From positions 1 to 64,000 of the forward strand of contig JAQGDQ010000774.1 of NCBI GenBank assembly GCA_030141605.1: a stretch of 64,000 nucleotides of DNA, read 5' to 3'. The notes under the pieces were generated by a model. That model made no database searches and was not told the DNA's origin. It saw only the letters and a program-made list of their open reading frames with translations. The position numbers and the translations under genes are program-made. The stretch is from Tubiluchus corallicola. Lineage: Eukaryota; Animalia; Priapulida. Shown piece by piece: positions 13,294 to 25,906 of the stretch; the stretch's first letter is position 1; every line of letters starts with the position of its first letter.

Positions 13294-13639
13294 AGGACAG
13301 GAAAAGGGTTATCTGAAGTAGGTTTCAAAAAATCGCTTTAAAAATTTTTATAACTTTATAGAAATCTTATGCATACGTCGTTTTAGCATTAAAAGAAATC
13401 TTTGTTTGTTTTCATTTTAAATCTTCCGCAAAACTGTTCCGACGGCGTCATTAGATCACGCGTGTCACTACGCAAATGTAAATCACTGGAAGAAAAGGCA
13501 ATGTTCAGCCTTGTCTAAGCTGTTTTGACATGTTTCATACAGCGTTACTGCCGATGCAAACCCTGTGTGCAAAAAAGCAAAAAAGTGATAGACGAATATT
13601 TCAAGACGAATATTTTAGGGTTTATGTAAGTGGAGGGCT
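13294..13639. mobile_element. Kolobok-like MITE inserted at a TTAA inside the right TIR of element B (duplicate ~39947-40230, truncated)
   Basis: Host TIR aaacatct-TTAA (13290-13293) is interrupted by aggacagg... and resumes after ttat (13640-13643) as tgaactctagcactgtgc, matching the left TIR. AGG...GCT ends. Confidence 0.55.
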
Positions 13640-15316
13640 TTATTGAACTCTAGCACTGTGCAAAGTTTTATGCTTCTGAACAGCATTTGTTTCACCAGTC
13701 TGGCAAACTAAATAGCAGCCATCTCATTGACGTCATAATTAAACTTTTTGCTGAAGTTTTGGGGTATTTTGGATACGATATTCGTTGGACCAAATTCTAC
13801 CAAGAATTTACCAAAACATTTTCTTTCAATCTTTTTTAAGGCGAGGCTTTCTTTCTCTTTTTACCAGATTGGCTACAAAAATGCAAAATCATCACAAACA
13901 ATGGGAAAAACTGGTAGCGTTTTTGGCAATTTCTGGTTTAAAACAAAAGACTAAGACTGACAAACCAACTGATGAACAAAAAGCGAAAGTTTAGGCATAT
14001 TATGTAAGTGAGTAAATTGAAAAATTAGGACCTGGACCATAGACCTACAGCAAGAATAAAAGACGAATGTTGAGGATACTTTATAACAGACAAATGTTTC
14101 CTTGTGTGAACAAGAAATGGAGCAAAAATAGTAACCACGCGTGATCTGGTATATTTATGTGTGTTATGAGCAAAATTGAAGGTGTTTTGTCTGTTAACAT
14201 ATTTTGACTCAGACGCACAAGTATAATTGTAAAGTAAATGAGGTAATTTTTCTTATACACAGTTGGATTTCTATTGTGTGGGTTATAACTCAAAGAATGC
14301 CCGGCACTTATGAAGTCACACTGGCAGTGCTTGTCACTGAGATTTGCTTTTGTTCTCATTCTGGGTCTATGATCCTGGTCCACAATTTCAATTTTCTGTT
14401 CCTTAGTTGTAGCCCAGGCAACATGTCAAAAAAAACGTTGTCACCTTGTTTTTTTTTCAAATATTGCGACAATTTGGAAATGTTGACTTGCCATAACATT
14501 ATACCAATATCCTTTGATAATATTATTTCCATACTGTGACAATATTTCGCCAGATTTAGTACCATTATCGTCATACATTTATATATTTTGACAATATTTT
14601 TCCATGTTGTGACAACGTTTTGACATTATTGGTCAAATTTGCAATATTGTCAAAATGTTTTCATAATATTAAAAAAATATTGCCAAAAATATTGGTACAA
14701 TGCTGTTATGTATATATATAGTATCTGCATTCAGTCGTTCTATGCATATTGAGATTTCTGGCGAAGAAATCATTTGCAGGTTTTGTTTCAAAACTAACAG
14801 CAAAATAGGCTCATTACATTTTATTGCTGTTGCACTTATGACTGTAAGTCGCTGCTAATGGTTAAAAGATGATTAATTGCCAGATTTTGGAGAAGTTTGA
14901 CAATACCTTATGCTAATTTCTTTTTTGATGTTTACCAATAGGAGCTAATTTTTGATCTCTCACAGAAATTCTGAGTGTAGTGTCTTTTTGGATATCTTTA
15001 AATGTGAACCATATTATTGTAACATCGCTTAGGCTCTTTACGTGGATGTGACCATTGTGAGGTAGCAAAAAACATAATGGCTGTAAATTGAACTGGCTCT
15101 CCTGACCTCCATTTAAAAGTTCTTTGAAACTATTTTTGCCACATTTATTAAAGCGTTTCTATCACTAAAGCATAGTCAGTTTTCAATCTTTGCCTGGACA
15201 AAACTTTATTTATAATCTTTAATCATACATGTTTAAAGGATATAATTTGCTATAATGTTGTACGTTTTAGTTCACAGGGCTATTCGCTGTCAAATGACAG
15301 ATAAGACTGTTTTTAA

Positions 15317-15932
15317 CCCTCAGCCGACCATGGCGTTTTTATATAACAATAAAGACCAGGCAAGATAAAAATTACACCCATAAATATTTTGCTTAACATG
15401 CGTTGCTAACTGGACAGAATGACCAATTGGTAATTGAGGTGCTGCTATTAGTACGAAACCAAGTTCTATGGCAAGTTGGCATATGAGGGCAGCGAGGATA
15501 AAAAGAGGCTTTCAACTATTGTGCTATATTATTTATGCTTGGCTCTTCAAGTCTAATGAAATTTTTATATAACAGCCTAACGATGTTCACAGTTTAGTTG
15601 TTCTAAGGCATCCACTTCGTCTTCACTTGCTAGATCTTCTGAAATTCTATGCTCATCAACTTCAAGCTTAGCCACATTAGCTAAAGTTCTCGTTCTTACA
15701 AAATAATATTCAAATAAAGAAATTCCACAAACTTTAATTAGTATCTGGAACGATTGCCTTGTAAAAAAACATGAATAATATTTTTTAACAAAACCAAGGC
15801 ATGGTTACATAACACATCGAAAAATATTTAGTCACCACAAGTTTGAAAAATTTTCATTGTCTGCTTCAATATAAAAAGATATCAGCAAATGCTCCTGGGG
15901 TAAATTTTTACCTCACCTTGGTCGGCAAAGGG
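15317..15932. mobile_element. piggyBac-like MITE
   Basis: ttaa|ccctcagccgacca at left, tggtcggcaaaggg|cgaa at right (imperfect TIR, degenerate right TTAA). Diverged relative at ~22640-23260. Confidence 0.6.
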
Positions 15933-16811
15933 CGAAAATAATTGTTGGAGTTTTGCATTTTTATCACTAAATTCACAAAAGTATTTCCTGTTTCAAGACT
16001 CGTCTAAATTCAAGTTAAACAAAACTCGTCTAAAAATTGATTTGATCACAAATGTTTGCTTATTGAGTAATAGGATTGGCTCGTAGACGCACACAAATAC
16101 ATAATACCAATGGTTGTACAATAACAAAAGCTGCAGCATCAGAACCTGTAAAATACATTAGTTCAGCCAAGTTGATTTTGAGCCTCCAGCTCATGATATC
16201 TCAAAGCACTAAATAAATTCTCAGTACTGGAAGAAATTGTTCTAACACCTATACCTTGCAGCAAACCTGATTCTATTGATTAAAGCTGTTTATATGTGAT
16301 AATATAATGAATGGTGTTTGTTGCAAAATGGAAGAACCTATACTGCTCTGAAGACATGCATTTTGGTTCAAATACTTTACAATTTTACATATAATTTTTG
16401 CAACAATCAACAATCATTAGACTACCAATATACAGCCAGAAAAGAGTTAACAGCATCACATCTATTTCGCTTGGCACTGCCCTGAAATTAAGCCTCTTAC
16501 ACATTCCAGTATGACAAGCCACCCAATTCATGTGTGCTTGGACAAAATTACGGATACGGATAAAATATCACGAATGCGGATACGGTATAATATATTATTA
16601 TTATTATTATTGTTATTATTATTACTGTACCCCGTTAACAACTAATTCAGCAAGTATATAGTTCTGAAAAATTTCTTCATTTCCTGCATAACCGAGCCCC
16701 AATCTTTGCCAATGTATAATCTAACATGTAAATGATATATAAACTAGCTGACACATTGGGATCAAAGGAAGCCTCACTTGAGTGATATGTCCAAAGTACG
16801 CAAAGATGTAA

Positions 16812-17050
16812 TTAGTCAGCAGGGGATTTACATATGTATAAAAAATCTTTATTACAGACATCGTCATTCCATGAGCCAAACTGATGATGATTGATAGTCA
16901 AACAGTGTTCTCTTTCTTTAAAATTGCTAGGTTCTTTACCCGGCTCCCAATTATTATATATGATGACATGGCCGTTAGAAATCCACACCCAATTGCCTTC
17001 TAGGTATTGATCTGTCCCACCAATCCAGAATGTCCTATTATCCCGTATGT
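16812..17050 (-). CDS. C-type lectin (perlucin-like, single CTLD, ~175 aa), exon 3 (last)
   Basis: Acceptor tttttatAG at 17051-17052, phase 1. Encodes (D)IRDNRTFWIGGTDQYLEGNWVW...EPSN...EHC...WNDDVC...YICKSPAD* with WIG, EPS and WND motifs and conserved Cys. Confidence 0.93.
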
Positions 17051-18406
17051 CTATAAAAAGAATATTAATTAATGAACATGACATCAGCATACAATGAGAC
17101 AATTTCCATTTGGGTGAAGAGATAAATTCAGTTAAAATGATCCCCTTTAGGACCAAAACTGCTCTCACTAAAATGCAAATTAAAAATCAATTTTTGCACT
17201 TTAACGATTTACAGTATCACTCGTGTGAAATCCGTTAATACAGAAAAATTCAACTATCCAGACACAACGCACCCATGCGCTCTAACCTCAAGTCTTCTCT
17301 ATTGTTAGAGAAGTTCAGTAGGTTCTTTTCCTAGAATAGCAGCAGAATACTGCACATCTTGGTCTGCAGGCGATCAATAAAATAGTTTGGACGATGACAC
17401 AAGTGTTTACCAGACTAAGCTACTCAAAGGTGTAAGTTGGCATTTTTCTCACTTTTATCAATTTAAATCTCTAAAAATTAAAAAATGGAATGGTTAGACA
17501 GCCATGATTCTGATGAACAAAACTTATTTATAATCTTTTAATTGTGTCATACTCATAAAGTAATAGAAAAGTCATGGGTCTTATAAAACCCATTTTGAAT
17601 GGACTGGTCCGGAAGAAGTTAAGACAACTGGTTATTTATTCGACAAACAGTGTTTTGCTGAATCTAGCCGAATTGTTTATATAGACGTAATAAACAAATG
17701 CAATTGCTGCCGTAACTAAGAGCTAAATTTTACAGGCGGCATCAAACGAGTAAAATGTGCGAAATTAACATAAACCATCAAGAAACACACATGTGATACT
17801 ATGTAGTAAAACGTATTAAATAAACTTGTTTTTGTAGTGTTCAGAAGATATATCAATGGATATACAGGTGAAAGAAACATATTAATGTGTACATGGAGGT
17901 GGAATTTCATATCCACGGCATCCCTAGTGGTGGCTAGGAGTTTCCTCTGATCAACAAGAGATCACCAGGTGTTCACACGCTCTTACCATCATATGTCTAA
18001 AGATTTTGCAAAAGTTGTCAGAATTGCAACCGGGACACATTTTTCTAAACGACATATGATAATAACAACATGAGAACCACTTTTAAAAAGGACAGGTAGG
18101 TAATAATTTAATTTCAAATCAATGTGCAGATCATTTTGGGAATATGGTGACTAATTTGATTTTTACAAACAAGGATAGCACACAATTAGGCCTTATTCTA
18201 AAATCAAGACTTAACATGCAGGTGCTTTTAATATTACACCCTACAATATTAAGAAGAAATTAGTCTTCAACTCAATAAAACAATATAATTATTTTCTTAT
18301 AATATACAATATAATTAACATCAAATTTTGACAGCTATGCTGGCTTATAATTTTAATGGGCCTATAAAACTGTACAGAAAAATTCTGTGTAAATTAAAAT
18401 ACTTAC

Positions 18407-18605
18407 CAAACGGTGCAATTCTTTCTGTGTAGTCAGTTATAAAGCGATTTTCTGCACCTGTTGTTATGGTAGCTAATTCACCACCTCCCTTTTTGCATGA
18501 TATCACAGCTTTCCACCAATCTAATTTTGGTTTTGTATGAAACCAGTAACAATGGCCATGATAGTGTATTCCACCATTTGGACAACAAGTTGAGTTTGAT
18601 TCAGC
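18407..18605 (-). CDS. C-type lectin exon 2
   Basis: cag acceptor (alternative in-frame aag acceptor 6 nt upstream, exon from 18611), GTAAGT donor at 18401-18406. Encodes AESNSTCCPNGGIHYHGHCYWF...WWKAVISCKKGGGELATITTGAENRFITDYTERIAPF, the CTLD N-half; phase matches exon 3. Confidence 0.92.
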
Positions 18606-18824
18606 CTGACGCTTAAAAGCAAATATGTTTAGTTTATTGCTTTAAAATTGAAGATGATTTTCTGTAATTCATAAAAAAGCAGTTTACACCATAACTAAAA
18701 AACGTTTCTCTATTATTATCTGATAATTGATAATAAGGAAATTGCTAATTTTTTAGTACCATGGGTCAGAACTTCAATAATAGTAAAAGTCAAAACAAAT
18801 AGTTACTTGTATTACAACAGTTAC

Positions 18825-18914
18825 CTTGTTAGATCTTTTAATGCTTGCACTTGGACCACGCAGATTAGCTAACACATATAGTAGCAGTAACCCAAACAGT
18901 GATGTCAAATTCAT
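18825..18914 (-). CDS. C-type lectin exon 1 (signal peptide)
   Basis: ATG at 18914; MNLTSLFGLLLLYVLANLRGPSASIKRSNK with a hydrophobic core; AAG|gtaact donor, phase 0 matching exon 2. Confidence 0.82.
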
Positions 18915-20389
18915 TGTGCATACGGGAACAATTGTCCAGATGAACGACAAAACACTCTTGCAGTTTTTTAATATAACTAATAAGCAAAAAATAGAAAAGT
19001 CCATAAAAGAGGCTGCAGTTCAACAAATCAATTATTTGCACAAATCAGGTAAATGAAACATTAAAATTAGTGCTCAGCTTAATTTAGGTTTGTCAGAAAT
19101 AAACAAATTTATATCAATACATAATTTGTGGAGACAAATAAGGCTTTCCCTGACCATTATGAATGTCTGATGCAGTGTGAAAAGCAATTTGGCAATCGAC
19201 AATCCACATTTGTGTTATAGTAGAAACGAAAAACCTGATAATGTAGATTGGTTTAATGCATTGACTAAAATCCAAAGTGTATATAAAAATGTAGAAAGGT
19301 GACTAGCTACTGCAAGCAACTGGGCCACATTTTACTAGAAAATACACAAATTGTTTCTGACTTCTGATTCATGATGTAAACTTCCACTGCAATCAAACTG
19401 CAGATTATTAAAATAATCCAGTTTTTATGGCAAAAATATTGAAACACAACAATCACATACAGATTATAAACACTTGCTGAGAGGTGAGAGAAAGCTGTTA
19501 AATGTAAAATCTTGTATTCTGATGTACAAAGTGATTCTCACAAACTATACTAGTTACTTCCTTCTCCACAGACTAAACAGTCCAACACTAGAAACACTAG
19601 AAACACTAAATTACATGTAAATCAAAACTCAAGAATGTGAAAAGTTTAATTTCCTACTGTTTATTTAATTGGCAATGACTATTTTTTCTTTAGCTAATCA
19701 CGGACATGTCTCAAATTGGCTTGATATTCGAATTTAATATTCAATATTGAAAGTAAAAATAGTTTAACGTGGGTTGTTACTCAAGATTTGGCGTGGCATC
19801 AACTACAACTAAAGAAATGTTTCATCACCTCAATTCATTTCTATTCAAGTTGATTTATGCTATACAATTCAAACACAGGGTTTTAATAGCAAACGAAATT
19901 TAGGATCAAACATACAAAGAGCCGCTAAAATAATTAGAAACTATGTTTAGAAGAATGCAGTTGCAGTATACAATCAGTAAAATTGCTTAATAGCCTCATT
20001 ATAGATTCATGTTCTGTTGTCTGCCTGAAAATTTACGAATTTCACGTACCGCCTGTACAATTGCTGTTGTAACCAAAGAAAAGTTTGTGACATCACAATG
20101 ATACATATTGTTCACTAGCTCAACAGTAATCTAACCATACAGCTGCCTGCTCTTTCATGTTCCTGTATACCCTCACTTTTTACAAGTTTCATATTTGACA
20201 CCAGTGTTCCATGTCTGAAATGTAGTTGTAGCCAAAAAAAGTTCGAAACACCTCACTAAAAACACATATTGTTCACTAGCTCCGTAGCTATCTACCCCTA
20301 GGCGCCTGCCCATTACAAAATTTCTCTTTCCCAGTGCCCGCATTATGTTTTAAGATTAATTCAGTTTAGCTTTTCACTTGGATTTTGGA

Positions 20390-20580
20390 ATGTAAGTGTG
20401 GCTGGCAAGCCATTTTCGTAGAAGTTCCTAGTTTTTCTTTACCAGATTACTGCTGCAGCTGTTTTTACCAGTCTTGAGGGCAAATTTCATTTACGTTAGA
20501 ATTCTGCTTATTCAATACATTGTAGAGCTACAATAGATGTAAAGTAATGATTATGATGATGATGATGATGGTGATGATGA
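20390..20580 (+). mobile_element. Short (GAT)n-tailed retroposon 3' end; second copy at ~60685-60866
   Basis: Shared core aagcca...ctagttttt...gattactgctgc...ggca(a/g)atttc...ttagaattctgc...ctacaataga followed by a gatgat tail in both places. Confidence 0.6.
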
Positions 20581-21112
20581 CCAATATAGGATGGACCAAT
20601 CTGATGAGCTCTTTGACCAAAGTTCGACTGAACTTTAGAACACTACAGTTATCCTGGGAACGAAAATAGTTTAGAAGTCTGACATTTTTGAAGTCTTTTT
20701 AATGACACTTAAGGCGATTGATACATTTATAAGACTTATAAAATATATTTAATGATAATTAGAAATATGATTATGCAGTACATCACGTATTATGCTTTAA
20801 AATTTGTAATGTTTTGTGACTTTTATGATTATTGGAATCCATTATTATTATTATTATTAATGGAAGTGCGAGCGTGGAGTAAGAAATGGGTTTTTGAACA
20901 ATTTGAAAAGAATGAATTTGAAACCCAGCACTCTATTGTCAGTTATATGTCTGCATTTGATATTATGCATTACATTATAATAAACATCACTTTTATTATT
21001 CCTAACTTTAGTAAGTGATTTCTGCTTTTGTGCGTTTTATAAATCATTGCCAACAACAAACTAATTCCAAAACAAAAATCACAACAATAAGGGCTTATCT
21101 AAGTCAGATACA

Positions 21113-21470
21113 TAGTACAAAAAAAGCCGAACAAAACTTTTGGCGGTTCTGCCGTCGGCTGATCTTCAAACGCTGTTTTTAGTGAAGCCTGGTAGAGTGT
21201 GCAGCACATGTAGTACTAAGAAGCTTAAAAAAACTTTTGATGGTTCTACTGTCCGCTGATCTTCAAGCGCTGTTTTTAGTGAAGCCTGGTAGAGAGTGCA
21301 GCACATGTAGTACTAAGAAGCTGAACAAAACTTTGACAGTTCCGCTGTCACTGATCTTCAAGCGGTGTTTTTAGTGAAGCCTGGTAGAGAGTGCAGCACT
21401 AGTAGTACAAAAAAAGCCGAACAAAACTTTTGACGGTTCTGCCATCCGCTGATCTTCAAGCGCTATTTTT
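21113..21470. repeat. ~95-98-bp tandem repeat, ~3.7 copies
   Basis: Units begin tagtac at 21113, 21211, 21308 and 21403 and share ctgatcttcaa...tttttagtgaagcctggtagag.gtgcagcac. Confidence 0.9.
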
Positions 21471-21649
21471 ACATTTTTGCCATATTTCAAGACAGACATT
21501 TGCTCTGCCCGAATGATTCAATGAAACATTAACACACATAATAACATAGTTTGCAGTGCAAGTATTCTACACATTTCAACTAAGTTATTAATGTTATTAT
21601 TACTAGATAAACCCCGCAACAGGAATTTTGCACATAAACCCATAAAACA

Positions 21650-21975
21650 ACTCACACCAACCCACCCAACCGCACCACTCACAACACACCACAAACACCA
21701 CACTACCCACATCATACCTTCCAAACCACAGCACACAACTCCACACCATACCACCCCACCATGCTACCCACACCACATCATCCTCACCACATAAACTTAC
21801 ACCATGCTACACCACACCAATCACACCATACAACAGCCATTACATCACACCAAGCAAAACCCACCACATCACATGGTGACCATGCTGATAATGATGATGG
21901 TGATGATGGTGATGATGATGATGATGAATATGACGACGCTGATAATCATGACAACGATGACGACGATGATGACAA
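21650..21975. repeat. Degenerate (CACCA)n followed by (GAT/GAC)n simple repeats
   Basis: Visible low-complexity tracts; source of the His/Thr- and Asp-rich ORFs. Confidence 0.85.
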
Positions 21976-22299
21976 CACATACAAATCCAATAGTACAGTT
22001 TTATACCTAAACCTTGCAAGATATTCTGTACAATATGTATTTTCTTTAAGGTGTTTCAGACATTTCTTTGTTTGCACCAGCATTTTCAACTTGTGAAATG
22101 TAAAACTCGGGTAAGTTCGGGAATCTGGGAATGCAAAAGTTTATATTGGGCAGACAACCATGTTGTTTGATAGCTATTGAGCCAGTGAATAATATATATC
22201 CCAGCTGAGGTGTTACAAACTTTTCCTTGATTAGACCAGCACTTGTACTTGTATGCAACCACACAAAGAAAGGGGTTCACAACTAAACAATATAAACTA

Positions 22300-22432
22300 T
22301 ATTCACTAAATTCAGAATTGGTGCTTACAAATTGGATATTGAGAGGGGAGAAAATACCTGCTTACCAAAGAATATGTAAAATGTGTGAGATGAATCAAGT
22401 GGCAGATGCATTTTCACTGATATTTTAATGCT
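22300..22432 (+). mobile_element. LINE ORF2 C-terminal zinc-knuckle relic (RTE-X-like)
   Basis: Frameshifted FTKFRIGAYKLDIERG / KIPAYQRICKMCEMNQVADAF-H...C resembles the KFR.S.H.L.IE.GR...R.C..C....ED..H...C motif. Confidence 0.7.
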
Positions 22433-22639
22433 TCGAACACTTACTTGCTTAAAATTTATTCCACACGTAAAGTCACCAGCTTTGAAGTAAATGCGTAGAA
22501 TTGAAATTATCCAAAAACTATTGTTGCACGTTTGATTCTCAGAAACATTGTATCGTAATAATGGCATTCTTTGAGGCATTGTTCTTGTCATAGTAAAATC
22601 AACAATAACATTGTTCTAACTTCTCAGAATTCATTCTAA

Positions 22640-23260
22640 ACTCTTAACGGATCAGGGGATCTTTTAATTAGAATAAAAACCCAGCGGTGTAAAAAATTAC
22701 CCCATGAAAGTTTTGCTTAATATGTGTTACTAACTGGATAGAATGACCAATTGGTAGTTGAGGTGCTCCAATTAGTACAAAACTAAGTCTTGTGACAAGT
22801 TGGCATAGATATATAAGGGCTCCAAGGACCAAAAAATGGCTTCAAACCATTGCACTCTATTGTTTATACTATAATTATTTCTAAACTTGGTTTTTCAAGT
22901 CTTGTGAATATTTTTATAATAGCCTAATGATGTTCAAGGCTTAATTTTAAGACATCCGCTTCGTCTTCACTAGCTCAGTCTTCTAAAATTTTTATCTTCA
23001 TCAGCTTCAAGCTTAGTTGCCAGTACAGCTAATGTTCCAGCCATATTACTAAATGAAGAATGTTCTTGAACATTAATATGAAATTTTATCAACAAATTGT
23101 CAAAAAATTTCTTTGCAGAATTGGAGGTTTGCAATTGAGGAACTTCTCAATTTTAAAAGTAAACACATAGTGCCGCCAGAAAGAAAATTACTGCAAATTC
23201 AATCCAAAATTTTGTTTACATAAAAGACTAAGTGGGTAATAAGTTACCCCACATCAGGTA
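22640..23260. mobile_element. Diverged relative of the piggyBac-like MITE at 15317
   Basis: Clear homology, e.g. ctaactgga(c/t)agaatgaccaattggta.ttgaggtgct and catcc.cttcgtcttcact. Confidence 0.6.
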
Positions 23261-25849
23261 GCATCTGGCGCCCGAAATTATTATTTGGCCTCATTTTTTA
23301 AAAGCAGTTATGGCGGCAGGTTGGTCTGACGAGTTGTCAAAATAGAGTTGTCTAGAAGAATTGTCCTTGATTATTCTTGAGCAATGATTCAGAATGTTTT
23401 GATGACGCTCAGCAAAGAAGATTGCCACGTTTATATTGCATATCCATAAGAAATATACCTTAGTTGAGATGATGCAATACACATATCCCCATTTTTGTGC
23501 GAGACATATAATTAAAGATGTCTGAAGTTTTTATTGAGTAAATAAGACTTAGTTAACATCGGAATACTTTAGCAAGGACATGTGATAGTTTACCTAGCAT
23601 ATAAGTAATGAAAGAAGCACCAATTGGTGAACAAAGTACTATTGAAGATACTGCTTTAGATGCACGAATTTTATAGTCGTTTTCAAGAATTGTCCTTTAG
23701 GAACATTGTCATCGTCAAAAAAATAATTTGCAAGGCTGTTACAAACTCTGATTGTACTTTATGTATTTCATTTTGAATTTAAAATGGAAAAGCCTTTTGT
23801 TTCCTTAATAGTACCTATGAGCTTCGTATTAATGACGTGTGAACAGGCACGTTTGAACAGGCATAATAGACGCATGATAGGACTTTGCGCATGCTTTGTA
23901 TTGTGCATGTTGTCATGTTGCATAACGTATTTCATACACTAATTACATGAAATTTAACAGCCTACATAATAAGATTACTTGTATCTTCCTTACTTTCAAA
24001 CGATTGCTCGTCTTGATACAGAATCTTTTCTAATCTAGCAGAAACAGCAAACTGATTATAAAATGTTGTTGTACAAATGACTGTATTTTGATTGAATGTT
24101 ATTTTAAACGTCAATTGAAAAGTGGTAGTATAATAGCGTCACGTGACACTTTTTTCAGAAATTAACTAACAGTTCCTCTTTCCATGCAGCTAATTGCAAA
24201 GACGATAGTTTAAATAATGCAATTCTAATTAAATTTATGAATAAGTTCTTAAATTTTAGGGTGCAATTGGTTCCGGTAGAGAAGTAGATGCCATATTTAT
24301 GTAATTTGGTGAAATTGTGAGGTGCCATCACCAGTTGTAAAGGTGATAAATTGTGGATATTAGCCCGATCGAAAATGGCCACCATTTTCAACATAGTCAA
24401 TAATATATGGTTGTTACCAGTTTTTAACAGCTTTATCTTTGCTGTTTAAAAGCATATGATAACTTTTGTGGTGTCAAAGTAATTATCGGTTTTCAAGGTC
24501 AAGAAATCCATTTTGATCATTAAGAACACGAGTGATCATCACCTCTGGATTTATGAAGCTGCCAAAATGACTGCAGCTGTGTAACAATTTTAACTATATT
24601 GGATGTTCTAAGACAAATAGGTAAATTATAGTAACATACTTATAGATTTATGGCAGTGCCCAATATGGGTGCCATGTTCAAGATGGTGAAAAATAAAAAA
24701 ACGCCTGTGTGATGGTCCCCCATCCAGCAGATTACTGCAACTAATTATTTTTCACTTTAAGTATTAATCTTAACGGTATCACGAATTGTTTACCTAATGA
24801 TTGATAATATTGATGTATTGATTTTTATGTTCCAATCTTGTGCTGCCATCTTTAGTCAAGAGTAGCATTATTTTCGATGAAGTTACCATTAAATGAAGCC
24901 ATTTTTCTGTTAAGCTACCTTAAATATGTAATTAGGCAGAAGGAGATGAAATTCGTTTCGTTTCAACATGACTTGTATTTTTCAAGCGAAAATACGTTTT
25001 GCAACAATTATTTCCATGATAATATTATGCCCGTGTTTGAACAAATGTGAAAGCTTCGTCACTGTACTACTGAGGTCACTTCACCCAGAACTCGTTTCTG
25101 ATTGGTCGGCTAGCTTTCGAGGCCGGGAGATTGGACATATTGGCCTACGTGAGAGAGAGAGTAGAATGGCCGTGTTGAAAAATGGTCTGATATAACTATA
25201 TCATGGTTTCTTTTACGATGATTGAACAAGAAAATGGATGGTTTGTTCATTACTATGTTCTTTTTATTCATTGGTGAACGCTGTTCCTCTTTTGTTGGTG
25301 AAACCTCGTCAGTTACGCAACTGCTGAGAGACATTTGTTAAATTAGGCATTCGTTACATAGCCTAATCACCTTTCTCGTTGGATAAAGATATTGTCACCT
25401 TTGACTTCACGTTCGATGATCTAAATCGCTTCCGTTCTGTGTGGGAACTCGGAGGAGATGATCTTCACATTATCCGATCTCCAGAGACTCTACTAAGTGT
25501 CCGGCGAGTTGGTGCGAAAGCTGCGTAGACCTAGTTCTGCTGCATTACCACAACGTGCGTGAGGAAGGACCGGTCCTACCCAAGTACTGGAGGAGACCTC
25601 GCCTTGTATGCAGGACGTCACGTGAGCGCAAGAAGTATTACAATGTTCATATGTTCATTTGTCAGCTAAATTAGATTGATTCATTGCAGTAACGATGTGG
25701 ATTTAATTGTTTTACTCAGGTAACGATAATTACTTAATGCCTAATATGGGCATATTATGTTCAAATGTTACAGCCTGTAACTAGCTTACAAAAATGGAAA
25801 TCATCAGCTCTATCAGCTTATGGTGGCAGAGAGAGAATGTGAGAACGAG

Positions 25850-25906
<57 letters not shown>
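25850..25906. repeat. (GA)n microsatellite
   Basis: Direct inspection. Confidence 0.95.

Larger units (their letters stand above)
11071..13710 (+). mobile_element. Academ-like DNA transposon relic (element B) with long TIRs; duplicate from 37781
   Basis: Ends tagactgccaga (11071) and tctggcaaacta (13710); ~11100-11330 is inverted relative to ~13110-13290 and 13644-13680; internal degraded transposase motifs. Confidence 0.7.
320..17076 (+). repeat. Segmental (direct) duplication, copy 1
   Basis: Sequence from 320 matches 29324 onward (offset 29004, e.g. ORFs 2016 vs 31020). Colinear blocks continue to the lectin last-exon acceptor (17076 vs 41411), with copy-specific indels. Confidence 0.95.

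Noticed and set aside
20601-20640. Hammerhead-like CTGATGAG with adjacent hairpin
   Set aside because: The hairpin would sequester the core GA and no GAAA follows.
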